Shown here one piece after another: positions 40,215 to 49,066 of a stretch of 64,000 nt of DNA (the first letter of the stretch is position 1; each line of letters starts with the position of its first letter). Under the pieces are notes generated by a model that saw nothing but the letters and a program-made list of their open reading frames with translations, had not been told where the DNA came from and ran no database searches. A program made the position numbers and the translations under genes. The DNA is from Candidatus Sysuiplasma jiujiangense (GTDB lineage: Archaea; Thermoplasmatota; Thermoplasmata; Sysuiplasmatales; Sysuiplasmataceae). The stretch is taken from the NCBI GenBank assembly GCA_019721075.1, contig JAHEAD010000002.1:152949-216948 (forward strand). The letters run 5' to 3'.

Positions 40215-41927
40215 ATGAAAACGGCAGCCAGGCTTGTTATTCTGACAGCCGCGGTCGCGGTGCTTGCCGCTTCAGCCCTGTTGAGCAGCGGAGGGGAAGC
40301 CATATCATTCTACGCCATCCCCTATGATGCTTTCCGCAGCCTTATCAGGATGACCGCGGCGTACATAATCTCAATCCTATTCTCGCTTGTATATGCATAC
40401 GCAATGTACGCGAGCAGGCGGGCCGAGAGGATCATGCACCCGATCCTCGACGTCCTGCAGTCCGTGCCCATACTCGGATTTTTTCCTGTTGCGCTTTACT
40501 TCTTTGTTGAGATCGTCAGCGGCAACGAGATTGGATGGGAGTTCGCCTCCATATTTCTCATTTTCACAAGCATGGTATGGAACATCACATTCGGCATGTA
40601 CGATTCACTGATAAGCATCCCGAGGGAACTCAACGACGCAGCTAAAATCTACGGTCTGACAGGATGGAGAAGATTTGGTGCCCTGTTCTTCCCGTCGATG
40701 ATTCCGAAGCTTGTTTACAACAGCATGGTATCCTGGGCAGGTGGCTGGTATTTCCTGATACCGGCCGAGTACATAACGACCTCGATATCCGCTTCGGGCG
40801 GGGGAGCTGTCCTGCCCGGTCTGGGCTCCATTCTCTATCTGTCCGCGCTGAAGGGGGAGGTCGGTCTGATGGCGGCAACATTTGCAGTCCTCGTCATAAT
40901 AATCGTCGCGATGGATTTGCTCATATGGAGACCGCTCAGCGCATGGTCTGAGAAATACAAGTACGAATACACGGTGACTGACGGGGAGGGAACAGTGTAC
41001 ACCAGATTCCCTATGAGGCAGTACTACGCATGGTTTCCCCTTGTCCCCGGTTCGAGCAGGCTGATCTCAAAAACAGTGGGAAGGGCCGCAGATGCGTTCA
41101 ATAATGCCGGACACAGGGTTGCGCACTTCTTTGGAAGAACGGCTAAATACTGGAAATTTGCAATGCTGTCCGCCGTGGCGGTGTTTTTCGCGCTTTTTAT
41201 ATTCGCCGCGTTCGGGGCGCTTGAGACCGTCTATGCGCTGATCACCGGACCGGGAAAGGAGTATGCGGCAATAATGCCGGAGGCGCTCGGGCTTTCACTG
41301 CTGAGGCTGGTGGCCGCATATTTCATTTCACTTGCGATTGCCATACCGCTGGCTGTTGCAGCAACCGGAAAGGGAAGGGGAAAACACCTGATGATGGCTG
41401 CCGAAATAGTCGCGTCTGTACCTGCAACGGCGATTTTTCCGATCATTGTTTTCCTTCTGATCGACATTACGCACGGACTCAATATACCGTCCATCCTCCT
41501 CCTTGTCACCGGCATGGTATGGTACATTTTTTTCAACGTTTCTGCAGGCCTGAAGAGCATACCTTCCGAGATAATAGAGGCCGCAAGGAACTACGGTGTC
41601 AGAGGCAGGCTGTACGTCAGGAGAATCATGCTTCCGGCGATTTTTCCTTCGCTTGTCACGGGAAGCATTACAGCTTTTGGGGGCGGATGGAATGCTCTGA
41701 TTGTTTCGGAATACGTGCCATCGATCACGCCCGGCGCCAGCCCCTACTATGTGCTGGGAATAGGATATCTCATAGACAAGGCGACCTATACTGTTCCTGA
41801 AAACACCGGCCTTCTTGTCTTCTCCCTGATAGTAATGATTTGCGTTGTTATCGCAATAAACAGGCTTTTCTGGAGAAGGATGCAGAGACTCGCTGAAAAG
41901 AAGTACAAAATGGAGGGAATCAGCTGA
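40215..41927 (+). CDS. NitT/TauT-type ABC permease with duplicated TM domain
   Basis: LDVLQSVPILGF, WNITF, SWAGGWYFL..AE; second half SVPATAIFP, GGGWNALIVSE. Confidence 0.9.
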   Translation: MKTAARLVILTAAVAVLAASALLSSGGEAISFYAIPYDAFRSLIRMTAAYIISILFSLVYAYAMYASRRAERIMHPILDVLQSVPILGFFPVALYFFVEIVSGNEIGWEFASIFLIFTSMVWNITFGMYDSLISIPRELNDAAKIYGLTGWRRFGALFFPSMIPKLVYNSMVSWAGGWYFLIPAEYITTSISASGGGAVLPGLGSILYLSALKGEVGLMAATFAVLVIIIVAMDLLIWRPLSAWSEKYKYEYTVTDGEGTVYTRFPMRQYYAWFPLVPGSSRLISKTVGRAADAFNNAGHRVAHFFGRTAKYWKFAMLSAVAVFFALFIFAAFGALETVYALITGPGKEYAAIMPEALGLSLLRLVAAYFISLAIAIPLAVAATGKGRGKHLMMAAEIVASVPATAIFPIIVFLLIDITHGLNIPSILLLVTGMVWYIFFNVSAGLKSIPSEIIEAARNYGVRGRLYVRRIMLPAIFPSLVTGSITAFGGGWNALIVSEYVPSITPGASPYYVLGIGYLIDKATYTVPENTGLLVFSLIVMICVVIAINRLFWRRMQRLAEKKYKMEGIS

Positions 41928-42018
41928 CCTTTCCTGCTTCGGTGCGGGACTGTTCGATAGTGTCTGTTTTATATCAGGGACGCATCTCTGAGCGAAGATT
42001 TCTGCCTAAACAGAGGGA

Positions 42019-42765
42019 ATGGCTATGACTCTTCTTCAGGTCGACAACGTTTCGAAGAGACTCGTAGTCAAGGGCAACCCGTTTGTGATACTCGACAGCA
42101 TATCGTTCGACATAAAGGAAAGGGATTTCATATGCATCGTCGGTCCGTCAGGATCCGGCAAGAGCACTCTCCTCAGAATCATATCCGGGCTTGAACGGCC
42201 CACTTCGGGAGAAGTGAAATTTGCCAGCGAGGGGAGGAGCCTGGTTGTTTCCATGGTCTTCCAGTCTTTCGCGCTACTTCCATGGCTGACAGTGGTAGAG
42301 AATGTTGCCATAGGCCTCGAAGCCAGGAACATGCCGAAAAAGGAGAGGACCGGCATTGCGAAGAAATACATAGACATCGTCGGTCTCAGCGGTTTTGAGG
42401 ACGCCTATCCCAAGGAGCTTTCCGGCGGAATGAAGCAGCGTGTGGGTATCGCCAGAAGCCTGGCGGTGGAACCGGACCTCCTCTGCATGGATGAACCGTT
42501 TTCAGCGCTCGACGTTCTCACTGCACAGGGACTTAGGGATGAAGTTCTCACCTTATGGCAGAACAATGAACTGCCGCCCTCCGCGGTCCTGATGGTCACG
42601 CACAATCTTGAGGAGGCGGTATACATGGCAGACAGGATACTCGTGATATCACCCAGACCGGGAAGAATCATAAGCGAGCTATCGGTTGATATGCCAAGGC
42701 CCAGGGACAGGAAGAGCCCTGAATTTCTTGACTGGGTCGACCAGGTATTTTCCAAGATCGTATGA
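42019..42765 (+). CDS. NitT/TauT-type ABC ATP-binding protein
   Basis: GPSGSGKS, VFQSFALLPW, LSGGMKQR, MDEPFSALD, VTHN. Confidence 0.93.
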   Translation: MAMTLLQVDNVSKRLVVKGNPFVILDSISFDIKERDFICIVGPSGSGKSTLLRIISGLERPTSGEVKFASEGRSLVVSMVFQSFALLPWLTVVENVAIGLEARNMPKKERTGIAKKYIDIVGLSGFEDAYPKELSGGMKQRVGIARSLAVEPDLLCMDEPFSALDVLTAQGLRDEVLTLWQNNELPPSAVLMVTHNLEEAVYMADRILVISPRPGRIISELSVDMPRPRDRKSPEFLDWVDQVFSKIV

Positions 42766-42801
42766 ACCTGCGTGCGGGCATGCATCCCGGAACAGGTTCA
42801 T
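42762..42801. terminator. Stem-loop at the end of the NitT operon
   Basis: ATGAACCTG...CAGGTTCAT outer stem enclosing CGGG-CATGCAT-CCCG. Confidence 0.4.
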
Positions 42802-42916
42802 GCAGAGTTGACTCAGAATCCAGTGCGGCTGCCCCATGCAGGCCGCAGTGACGATCTTTTCAGCAGCCGGGTGCAGAGAAATTTCAGTCGCAGCAGCATG
42901 AACAGCAAATAGATAA

Positions 42917-42940
42917 AAAATATTAAATATATCATATTTT
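42917..42940. promoter_or_regulatory. TATA box overlapped by inverted repeat (candidate ArsR operator)
   Basis: AAAATAT-TAAATATATC-ATATTTT, ending 20 nt before the ArsR GTG. Confidence 0.45.
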
Positions 42941-42960
42941 CTTTACATATCTGAACTGAT

Positions 42961-43266
42961 GTGGAAAGAGTCACGAGTACTCAGGAGTTGCTCAGAATAA
43001 TGAAAGTAATGGCGAACCCTGTCAGACTGAGGATAATAGCGTCGCTTGAGAGAGAGCCGAAGCACATATATGCACTTGCAAAGGAACTGAAACTTTCCTA
43101 TCCGCTCGTGCACCTCTACCTCAATTCCCTTGAGAAAGCAGGTCTTGTGACCGCCGTGACTGAGACCGGGGTCGAGGATGAGAGGGAGAGAAAGATCTAC
43201 CGCATAAGTCCTTTCAGGATAGTGCTGACGCCCGAGATGATCAGGAAAGTCGAGGAGGCGTCCTGA
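42961..43266 (+). CDS. ArsR/SmtB-family winged-helix regulator
   Basis: MANPVRLRIIASL..PKHIYALAKEL.LSYPLVHLYL..LEKAGLV..RKIY. Confidence 0.88.
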   Translation: MERVTSTQELLRIMKVMANPVRLRIIASLEREPKHIYALAKELKLSYPLVHLYLNSLEKAGLVTAVTETGVEDERERKIYRISPFRIVLTPEMIRKVEEAS

Positions 43267-43596
43267 ATGGAGCGAAGGGGAGTCCTTCTGCTCATGATAT
43301 TGCCGTCAATAGTGATGGCGGCCGCTGTTCCGGCGCTGACGCTCTACTACATGGCACACGGTCTGGAGCTTGTTGCCGGGACAATAATAATCATCTTCGG
43401 CATCATTGGAGCCACCGTTCTTGGAGTCGTGGGAATTGGTGTCTCATCCACGTTTTCGTACGATGGATACGGAAACGAAAGGGAATCGCTGAAGATACTG
43501 AGGGCCGCCGAACGGACAATGCTGGAGGAATTTGACGATGTCATCTCCGTGCTGAAGGAAATTGAGGAAACACTTTCGCCGAGGGAGGATGACTGA
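43267..43596 (+). CDS. Small two-TM membrane protein with C-terminal coiled coil
   Basis: Two hydrophobic helices then LKILRAAERTMLEEFDDVISVLKEIEETL; abuts the ArsR stop. Confidence 0.75.
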   Translation: MERRGVLLLMILPSIVMAAAVPALTLYYMAHGLELVAGTIIIIFGIIGATVLGVVGIGVSSTFSYDGYGNERESLKILRAAERTMLEEFDDVISVLKEIEETLSPREDD

Positions 43597-43731
43597 TTGC
43601 CTGCCGGAAACAGTTATTCTGACATGAGCGACAGCGAAATCGCCGGGGAGCTGAAGAAGAGGCTGGAGGAAATGAAAGCGCTTCTCTCAAGGATAAGGGA
43701 TGAACTGAAATCAGCAGCAGGGAGCGATTGA
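43597..43731 (+). CDS. Putative 44-aa coiled-coil microprotein (not in ORF track)
   Basis: TTG directly after the previous TGA, GGAGG SD upstream; MPAGNSYSDMSDSEIAGELKKRLEEMKALLSRIRDELKSAAGSD; fills the intergenic gap. Confidence 0.6.
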   Translation: MPAGNSYSDMSDSEIAGELKKRLEEMKALLSRIRDELKSAAGSD

Positions 43732-43732
43732 A

Positions 43733-44476
43733 ATGAAGGCCGGAGAGCGGTTCGACAGAAACTACGGAGGCCTGGAAAGGGGCTACAAATTCAGCGGCAA
43801 ACAGAATTTTCAGACAGAAAATATAAATGTGTCGGGCAGCGCCGAACTCGAACGCGCCGACGCCAGGAAGATCATCATCTCGGGCTCAGCCGCCGTCAAA
43901 TCGGATGTCGACTGCGAAGAACTCCGGTGCAGCGGCTCAGTAAAAGCCGGCGGCAACATCAGCGCAGAAACAGCCACCGTATCCGGATCGTTTGCAGCGG
44001 ACAAAAACATCCACTGCGAAAATGCCGTTATCAGCGGCAGCTGCAGGATTGGAGGCTCTTTCCTTGCATCCGGGACAATCGAGGTTGCGGGCAGCCTGGC
44101 TTGCGGCGGCTCCATTACATGCGACATACTGGACGCTGCAGGAAGGATCGGCGCTTCCTCCGTTTCTGCAGGCAGATTCCGTGTTAACGGAGGCGGTGAA
44201 TTAGGCGAGGTGGAGTGCGTAACAGCTGAAATCAACAGGGAAAGAAGGAAGGGAAGACTGAAGAGGTTGCTGGGAAGGATGGGATACAGAGGCGAACTGA
44301 GGATAAACAGCCTGCATGCACGGGAGGAGGTGTACATAAGGTACTGCTCAGTGAATGAACTGACCGCCCGCCGGGCGGTTCTGTCCGGCGGAAGTGTCAT
44401 CCGCAAACTGATTTACAGCGACACTTTTGTAGTCGAAGAAGATGCTGTCGTACAGGAAACAATAAAACTGCAGTGA
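43733..44476 (+). CDS. Bactofilin-like beta-helix protein (YhbE/YhbF/CcmA-like)
   Basis: Repeated [IV]SGS beta-turn units about 17 aa apart; C-terminal EVYIRYCSV...V.LSGGSVIRKLIYSDTFVV resembles the YhbF tail. Confidence 0.75.
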   Translation: MKAGERFDRNYGGLERGYKFSGKQNFQTENINVSGSAELERADARKIIISGSAAVKSDVDCEELRCSGSVKAGGNISAETATVSGSFAADKNIHCENAVISGSCRIGGSFLASGTIEVAGSLACGGSITCDILDAAGRIGASSVSAGRFRVNGGGELGEVECVTAEINRERRKGRLKRLLGRMGYRGELRINSLHAREEVYIRYCSVNELTARRAVLSGGSVIRKLIYSDTFVVEEDAVVQETIKLQ

Positions 44477-45441
44477 TATGGAGAAGTGAATCAGTGAATA
44501 CGGAAAATGTCATCGATGTAGAGAATCTCAGATACCGGTACGGCGGGGAACGCTATGCCGTCGACGGCATTACATTCGGTGTCAGCAGGGGCGAAATTTT
44601 CGGTTTCCTGGGAAGGAACGGAGCCGGCAAGACAACGACGATTAAGGTGCTGACGACACTCATGGCACCGACTTCAGGCAGTGCCCGGGTGCTCGGCACT
44701 GACGTCAGGAAGGGAGGAAAGGCACTCCGCAGGAGGATGGGTGTTGTCCTGCAGGACGATTCATTCGATTTCACGACTGTCGAGAAGGCGCTGGATCTTT
44801 ACGGTGCAATGTGGGGTGTACGGAGAGATCTGAGAAGGAGGAGAATAGACGAACTCGTGGCCTTTTTTGAACTGGAGGACGAACGGAAAAAGAGGCTGTG
44901 GGATCTTTCCGGCGGACAGCGGAGAAGAGTCCAGGTTGCGCGGGAATTCATGCACGATATGGAACTTCTCTTTCTGGATGAGCCTACAGTCGGGCTCGAT
45001 ACTGTCACCAGGAGGAAGATCCTTGACATGGTGAAGAAGAGAACGTCTGAGGGGCTCACCGTTTTTTTTACGACGCATAATCTGGAGGAGGCCGACTACG
45101 TCTGCGACCGTGTCGCAATAATAGACCATGGCCACATACTGGCAAACGACACAGTTTCAATGCTGAAGAGAAAATATTCGGGAATGAAAACTGTCGAAGC
45201 CGCGTTTACGGAGGAACAGCGTGTCGTGACTCCGCTGCTTCAGGGAATTACCGATGCACGCATAGAGATACCGCAGACTCAGGGCGAACCGTACAGAATA
45301 GTCAGTTCTGAAACGGAAGAGACTCTCAGGAATATTGTGGAGGTATCCGTGAAAGGCGGGCTGCATATCAGCTTCCTCAATATTCATCCGGTTACGCTGG
45401 AGGATGTCTTCCTGAACACTGTCTCAGGGGTGGTGCAGTGA
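44473..45441 (+). CDS. ABC-2 exporter ATP-binding subunit
   Basis: GRNGAGKT, LSGGQ, FLDEPTVGLD, TTHN. Confidence 0.92.
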   Translation: MIWRSESVNTENVIDVENLRYRYGGERYAVDGITFGVSRGEIFGFLGRNGAGKTTTIKVLTTLMAPTSGSARVLGTDVRKGGKALRRRMGVVLQDDSFDFTTVEKALDLYGAMWGVRRDLRRRRIDELVAFFELEDERKKRLWDLSGGQRRRVQVAREFMHDMELLFLDEPTVGLDTVTRRKILDMVKKRTSEGLTVFFTTHNLEEADYVCDRVAIIDHGHILANDTVSMLKRKYSGMKTVEAAFTEEQRVVTPLLQGITDARIEIPQTQGEPYRIVSSETEETLRNIVEVSVKGGLHISFLNIHPVTLEDVFLNTVSGVVQ

Positions 45442-46217
45442 CGGATATAATCAGCGCATACAGACTTGCAAGGCGGAATCTGATAGTAAACACTGATCCG
45501 GGCACACTTGTTTTCCTGATAATGATGCCCACGATATACCTGGTGTTCATGGGCTACATGTACGGTTCACTGATCAGCGGTCTGAGCGTCGGCGGCCATA
45601 CGATAAACTACATCAGCTTTCTTGCCCCGGGAATAATTTCATTTCAGGCGCTGACCGCCGGAGCCGTGGCGGGCAGCATGCTGTGGTCCGACAGGCGATA
45701 CGGCATGTTCGAGCAGATACTTTCCTGTCCGTACACACGCGCCGAATACCTTCTGGGCATCATATTCACCACAATGGCGCTGTCCATATTCGGAGCGCTG
45801 ATAATGCTTCTTCTCTCCGTTCTGCTCAGGGCAACGGTTTCCCTTGCACTGACAGCCATAATCGCAATTGTTGCCAGCCTCATCTTCGGCAGCCTTTTCT
45901 GGGGATCATTCATGCTTGCTCTCGCCGCCAAATCCAGATCCAACCAGATGTACAACAGCATACAGATACTGATCCTGTTCTTCGCAAGCTTCGCAAGCAC
46001 CGTGTTCTATCCCGTTTCCGCGAACACGCCTGCCCTGCTGCGCTACATAACGGTTTTCAACCCGCTGACGTATCTGACGGACGCGATAAGATACGGATAT
46101 GTGGCTAACTTCGGCATGGGATTCGTAACGGACGAGGCCATACTGATTGCCGAAACACTGGTCATGTTCGTCATTTCCCTGATATTCTACAGGAACGTCA
46201 GGATAGGCGTGAAATAA
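45438..46217 (+). CDS. ABC-2 permease
   Basis: YISFLAPG, DRRYGMFEQIL..P, NPLTY..DAIR; about 6 TM. Confidence 0.88.
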   Translation: MTDIISAYRLARRNLIVNTDPGTLVFLIMMPTIYLVFMGYMYGSLISGLSVGGHTINYISFLAPGIISFQALTAGAVAGSMLWSDRRYGMFEQILSCPYTRAEYLLGIIFTTMALSIFGALIMLLLSVLLRATVSLALTAIIAIVASLIFGSLFWGSFMLALAAKSRSNQMYNSIQILILFFASFASTVFYPVSANTPALLRYITVFNPLTYLTDAIRYGYVANFGMGFVTDEAILIAETLVMFVISLIFYRNVRIGVK

Positions 46218-47065
46218 TGGCAGGAACTCAGGAAGGAGTGACATTCATAGTGTCACGCCAGGATGCTGCAAGCGTCAATATCGGCAGAAACATAATGGAG
46301 CTGGGGAGATGGACCCGGGAGAGAGAGGAAGCGGGGATGCGTCTTTTCGCAAGCGGCTGCTTCCGGCTTGTTGAAATCGGAGGCATCCACATCCATCAGG
46401 AACATCTGGACAGGACAATCGGGGAAAGCTTTGGATTCAGACCGTCGCTTATTGTTTTCCTCTCGACGCACAGATCGGAGAGCAACATGCCTGCGGCCAC
46501 CATTCATCCCGTGGGGAACTACGGCAGGGCCGAGCTTGGAGGGGCCAGCAGGAAAATAGTGCGCTCCCGCGCAGCATTCATGACGGGAAGGCTGATACAG
46601 ATGAAAAACGAATTTGCAGACACGCGCTACGGAGCCACTTTTGAGGCAACGCACCATGGTCCCTACGTGGATGTACCGTCCCTGTTCGCCGAAATTGGAA
46701 GCGATGAAACAGCCTGGCAGGATGCGGAGGCTGCCAAAAGGCTCGCGAGGGCACTGCTCGAGGGAAGGGATTCGGACGGGATGACAGCCATAGGCATTGG
46801 CGGAGGGCACTACTGTCCGAGGTTTGCTGAAATAGCGGTGAAGAGGAAGATCAATTTTTCGCACTTCGTCCCGAATCACAGCCTGAGTCTTGTGGACGAC
46901 ACGCTTGCGGATGAAATTGTGGAGAAGAGCGACGGAGCCGAATGCGTTGTCGTACATTCGTCAAAGAAGTTCGAAGACGAACTTCATTCCGCTGAAAAAC
47001 TATTCAGGGACAGAGGGCTGGAGGTCATTGAGCCGTCGGGGCTGGAGCCGAGGAAAGGCATTTAG
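46217..47065 (+). CDS. dtdA: D-aminoacyl-tRNA deacylase (DTD2/GEK1 type)
   Basis: DAASVNI, FLSTHRS, TIHPVGN, EATHHGP, FAEIGS, GIGGGHY. Confidence 0.93.
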   Translation: MAGTQEGVTFIVSRQDAASVNIGRNIMELGRWTREREEAGMRLFASGCFRLVEIGGIHIHQEHLDRTIGESFGFRPSLIVFLSTHRSESNMPAATIHPVGNYGRAELGGASRKIVRSRAAFMTGRLIQMKNEFADTRYGATFEATHHGPYVDVPSLFAEIGSDETAWQDAEAAKRLARALLEGRDSDGMTAIGIGGGHYCPRFAEIAVKRKINFSHFVPNHSLSLVDDTLADEIVEKSDGAECVVVHSSKKFEDELHSAEKLFRDRGLEVIEPSGLEPRKGI

Positions 47066-47754
47066 GCCGATGTTATCATCGTTCCGACGAACGGCTCGCC
47101 TTTTATCGCCCTGATGAACTGCTGTATATCCCTCCCGTGAAGGACTGCGGTGGGTATTTTGCTCCTGCTTATCAGCTTGGCCCCGAGCGGATCGAATATG
47201 AAGCTAGAACCCGCCTCCATCTTAGAATAGACAACCTTGTCCATCAGTTCCCTGAATGTCATCCTGTCAATTCTCTTTGCAGACGGATTGATCTTCGGAT
47301 CGTCTGTGTAAACACCGTCCACCGATGTGGCATTGATTATTCTTGCGGCCCTGATCTTCTCAGCGGCAAGCGCGGCGACTGCATCGGTCGTCTGTCCTGG
47401 ATGAGTCCCTCCCATCACCACTATGGGGTAGTTGTTGGAGGCCAGCCTGGCTTCGTCGATGCTTTCGGCCGGTTTATAGTATGCCTTTTCCCCTAGCGCG
47501 GTGATGAGCAGTCTTGCATTCAGCCGGGTGACTTCGATCCCCAGCTCGTCAAGGGAGGATTCGTCGGCGCCGAGGGAGCGCCCGATGGTTATGTAATAGC
47601 GTGCAATCTTTCCCCCTCCGCAGACTACAAGAAATTTATAAGAGGGCAGCATATCAAGTAGAGCAGAGGCGAGCTGTTTGATGTATGATGTATCCTCATT
47701 GTCAGGGACGAGTATTGAGCCGCCTATTGAAATTGCAATTTTTTCCTGTGCCAT
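47062..47754 (-). CDS. pyrH: UMP kinase
   Basis: SIGGSI, VCGGGKIARYY, DELGIEVTRLNA, GGTHPGQTTDAVA, VDGVYTDDP. Confidence 0.95.
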   Translation of the reverse strand: MAQEKIAISIGGSILVPDNEDTSYIKQLASALLDMLPSYKFLVVCGGGKIARYYITIGRSLGADESSLDELGIEVTRLNARLLITALGEKAYYKPAESIDEARLASNNYPIVVMGGTHPGQTTDAVAALAAEKIRAARIINATSVDGVYTDDPKINPSAKRIDRMTFRELMDKVVYSKMEAGSSFIFDPLGAKLISRSKIPTAVLHGRDIQQFIRAIKGEPFVGTMITSA

Positions 47755-47833
47755 TTGACAACCTGCCTTTTTGAATGCCCTTCTGATTAATGGGAGAGAA
47801 TATTTCAGTATTAAAAAACACTGACGTGAAAAT

Positions 47834-49066
47834 ATGGAAATAAGCGAAAGACAGAGATACGATTTCAAGCGGGAGATAGAGAAGATAGCATCGTATCAGG
47901 GACGCGGAACAGAACTCATTTCCGTTTATGTGCCTGCCGGCAAAGTTATTTCGGACATTGCCAGCTACCTGAGGGACGAACAGTCCCAGTCGTCGAATAT
48001 AAAGTCGTCGACAACAAGAAAGAACGTGCAGAGTGCAATTTCATCCATACTTTCCAGACTGAAAGGTTACAAGATGGTTGCTCCGGAGCATGGGATTGTT
48101 TTCTTCGTCGGAACGGTGCCTAAGAGCGGCGACCAGACAATGATGGTGCAGCATGTCATTGAGCCTCCGGAGCCGGTGACAACATTCCTTTACAGGTGCG
48201 ATTCCTCATTCTACCTGGAACCGCTGCTCGGCATGCTTGAGGTAAAGGATGTCTACGGACTGATAGTAATTGACAGAAAGGAGGCGACAATCGGATTTCT
48301 CAAGGGGCAGACCATACAGGTTGTGAAGAACATGCATTCCCTTGTGCCCAGCAAGCACAGGATGGGAGGACAGTCGGCCCTCAGGTACGAGAGACTCATA
48401 GAGATCGCCGCGAACGAATATTACAAGGATGTCGCCGAATTGTGCACAAACGCCTTCCTGAACGTCAAGAATCTGGCCGGCATACTTGTCGGAGGGCCGG
48501 GGAGCACCAAGGATTTCTTCGTGAAGGAACAGTATCTGCACTACGAACTGCAGAAGAAGATAATAGACACCTTCGACACCGGGTATACCGACGAGTACGG
48601 ATTGAGGGAGCTCGTCGAAAAGGCAAGGGACAGGCTCAAGGACCTTGACATAATGAAGCAGAAGGCACTTATTGAAAGACTCCTGGCGGAGATCAGGAAG
48701 CCGGACGGCGGCCTCGCCGCCTATGGCATCATGGAGGTCATGGATGCGCTGAACATGGGGGCCGTCTCCCTTCTGCTCGTGAGCGAGGGGCTGAAGAAGA
48801 TGAGCAGGGAATACACATGCGGCTCCTGCGGCAACGTTGTAACACTGATACAGTCCGACAACGATACCGCTGCGCCGAAGTGCGGGAAGTGCGGCGGGCA
48901 AACGGCGCTTACCTCGGAAAGGGATCTTGTGGACGTCATGTTTGAAAAGGCGGAACAGATGGATACGGACGTGGAACTGATTTCGGCAGACTCCGAAGAA
49001 GGCAAGATGCTGCTCACTGCATTTTCCGGGGTGGCCGCAATACTCCGTTACAGGGCGGGCAGATGA
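47834..49066 (+). CDS. prf1: Peptide chain release factor aRF1
   Basis: GRGTELISVY, NIKS, YRCDS, GGQS, Zn-ribbon CGSC...CGKC. Confidence 0.97.
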   Translation: MEISERQRYDFKREIEKIASYQGRGTELISVYVPAGKVISDIASYLRDEQSQSSNIKSSTTRKNVQSAISSILSRLKGYKMVAPEHGIVFFVGTVPKSGDQTMMVQHVIEPPEPVTTFLYRCDSSFYLEPLLGMLEVKDVYGLIVIDRKEATIGFLKGQTIQVVKNMHSLVPSKHRMGGQSALRYERLIEIAANEYYKDVAELCTNAFLNVKNLAGILVGGPGSTKDFFVKEQYLHYELQKKIIDTFDTGYTDEYGLRELVEKARDRLKDLDIMKQKALIERLLAEIRKPDGGLAAYGIMEVMDALNMGAVSLLLVSEGLKKMSREYTCGSCGNVVTLIQSDNDTAAPKCGKCGGQTALTSERDLVDVMFEKAEQMDTDVELISADSEEGKMLLTAFSGVAAILRYRAGR

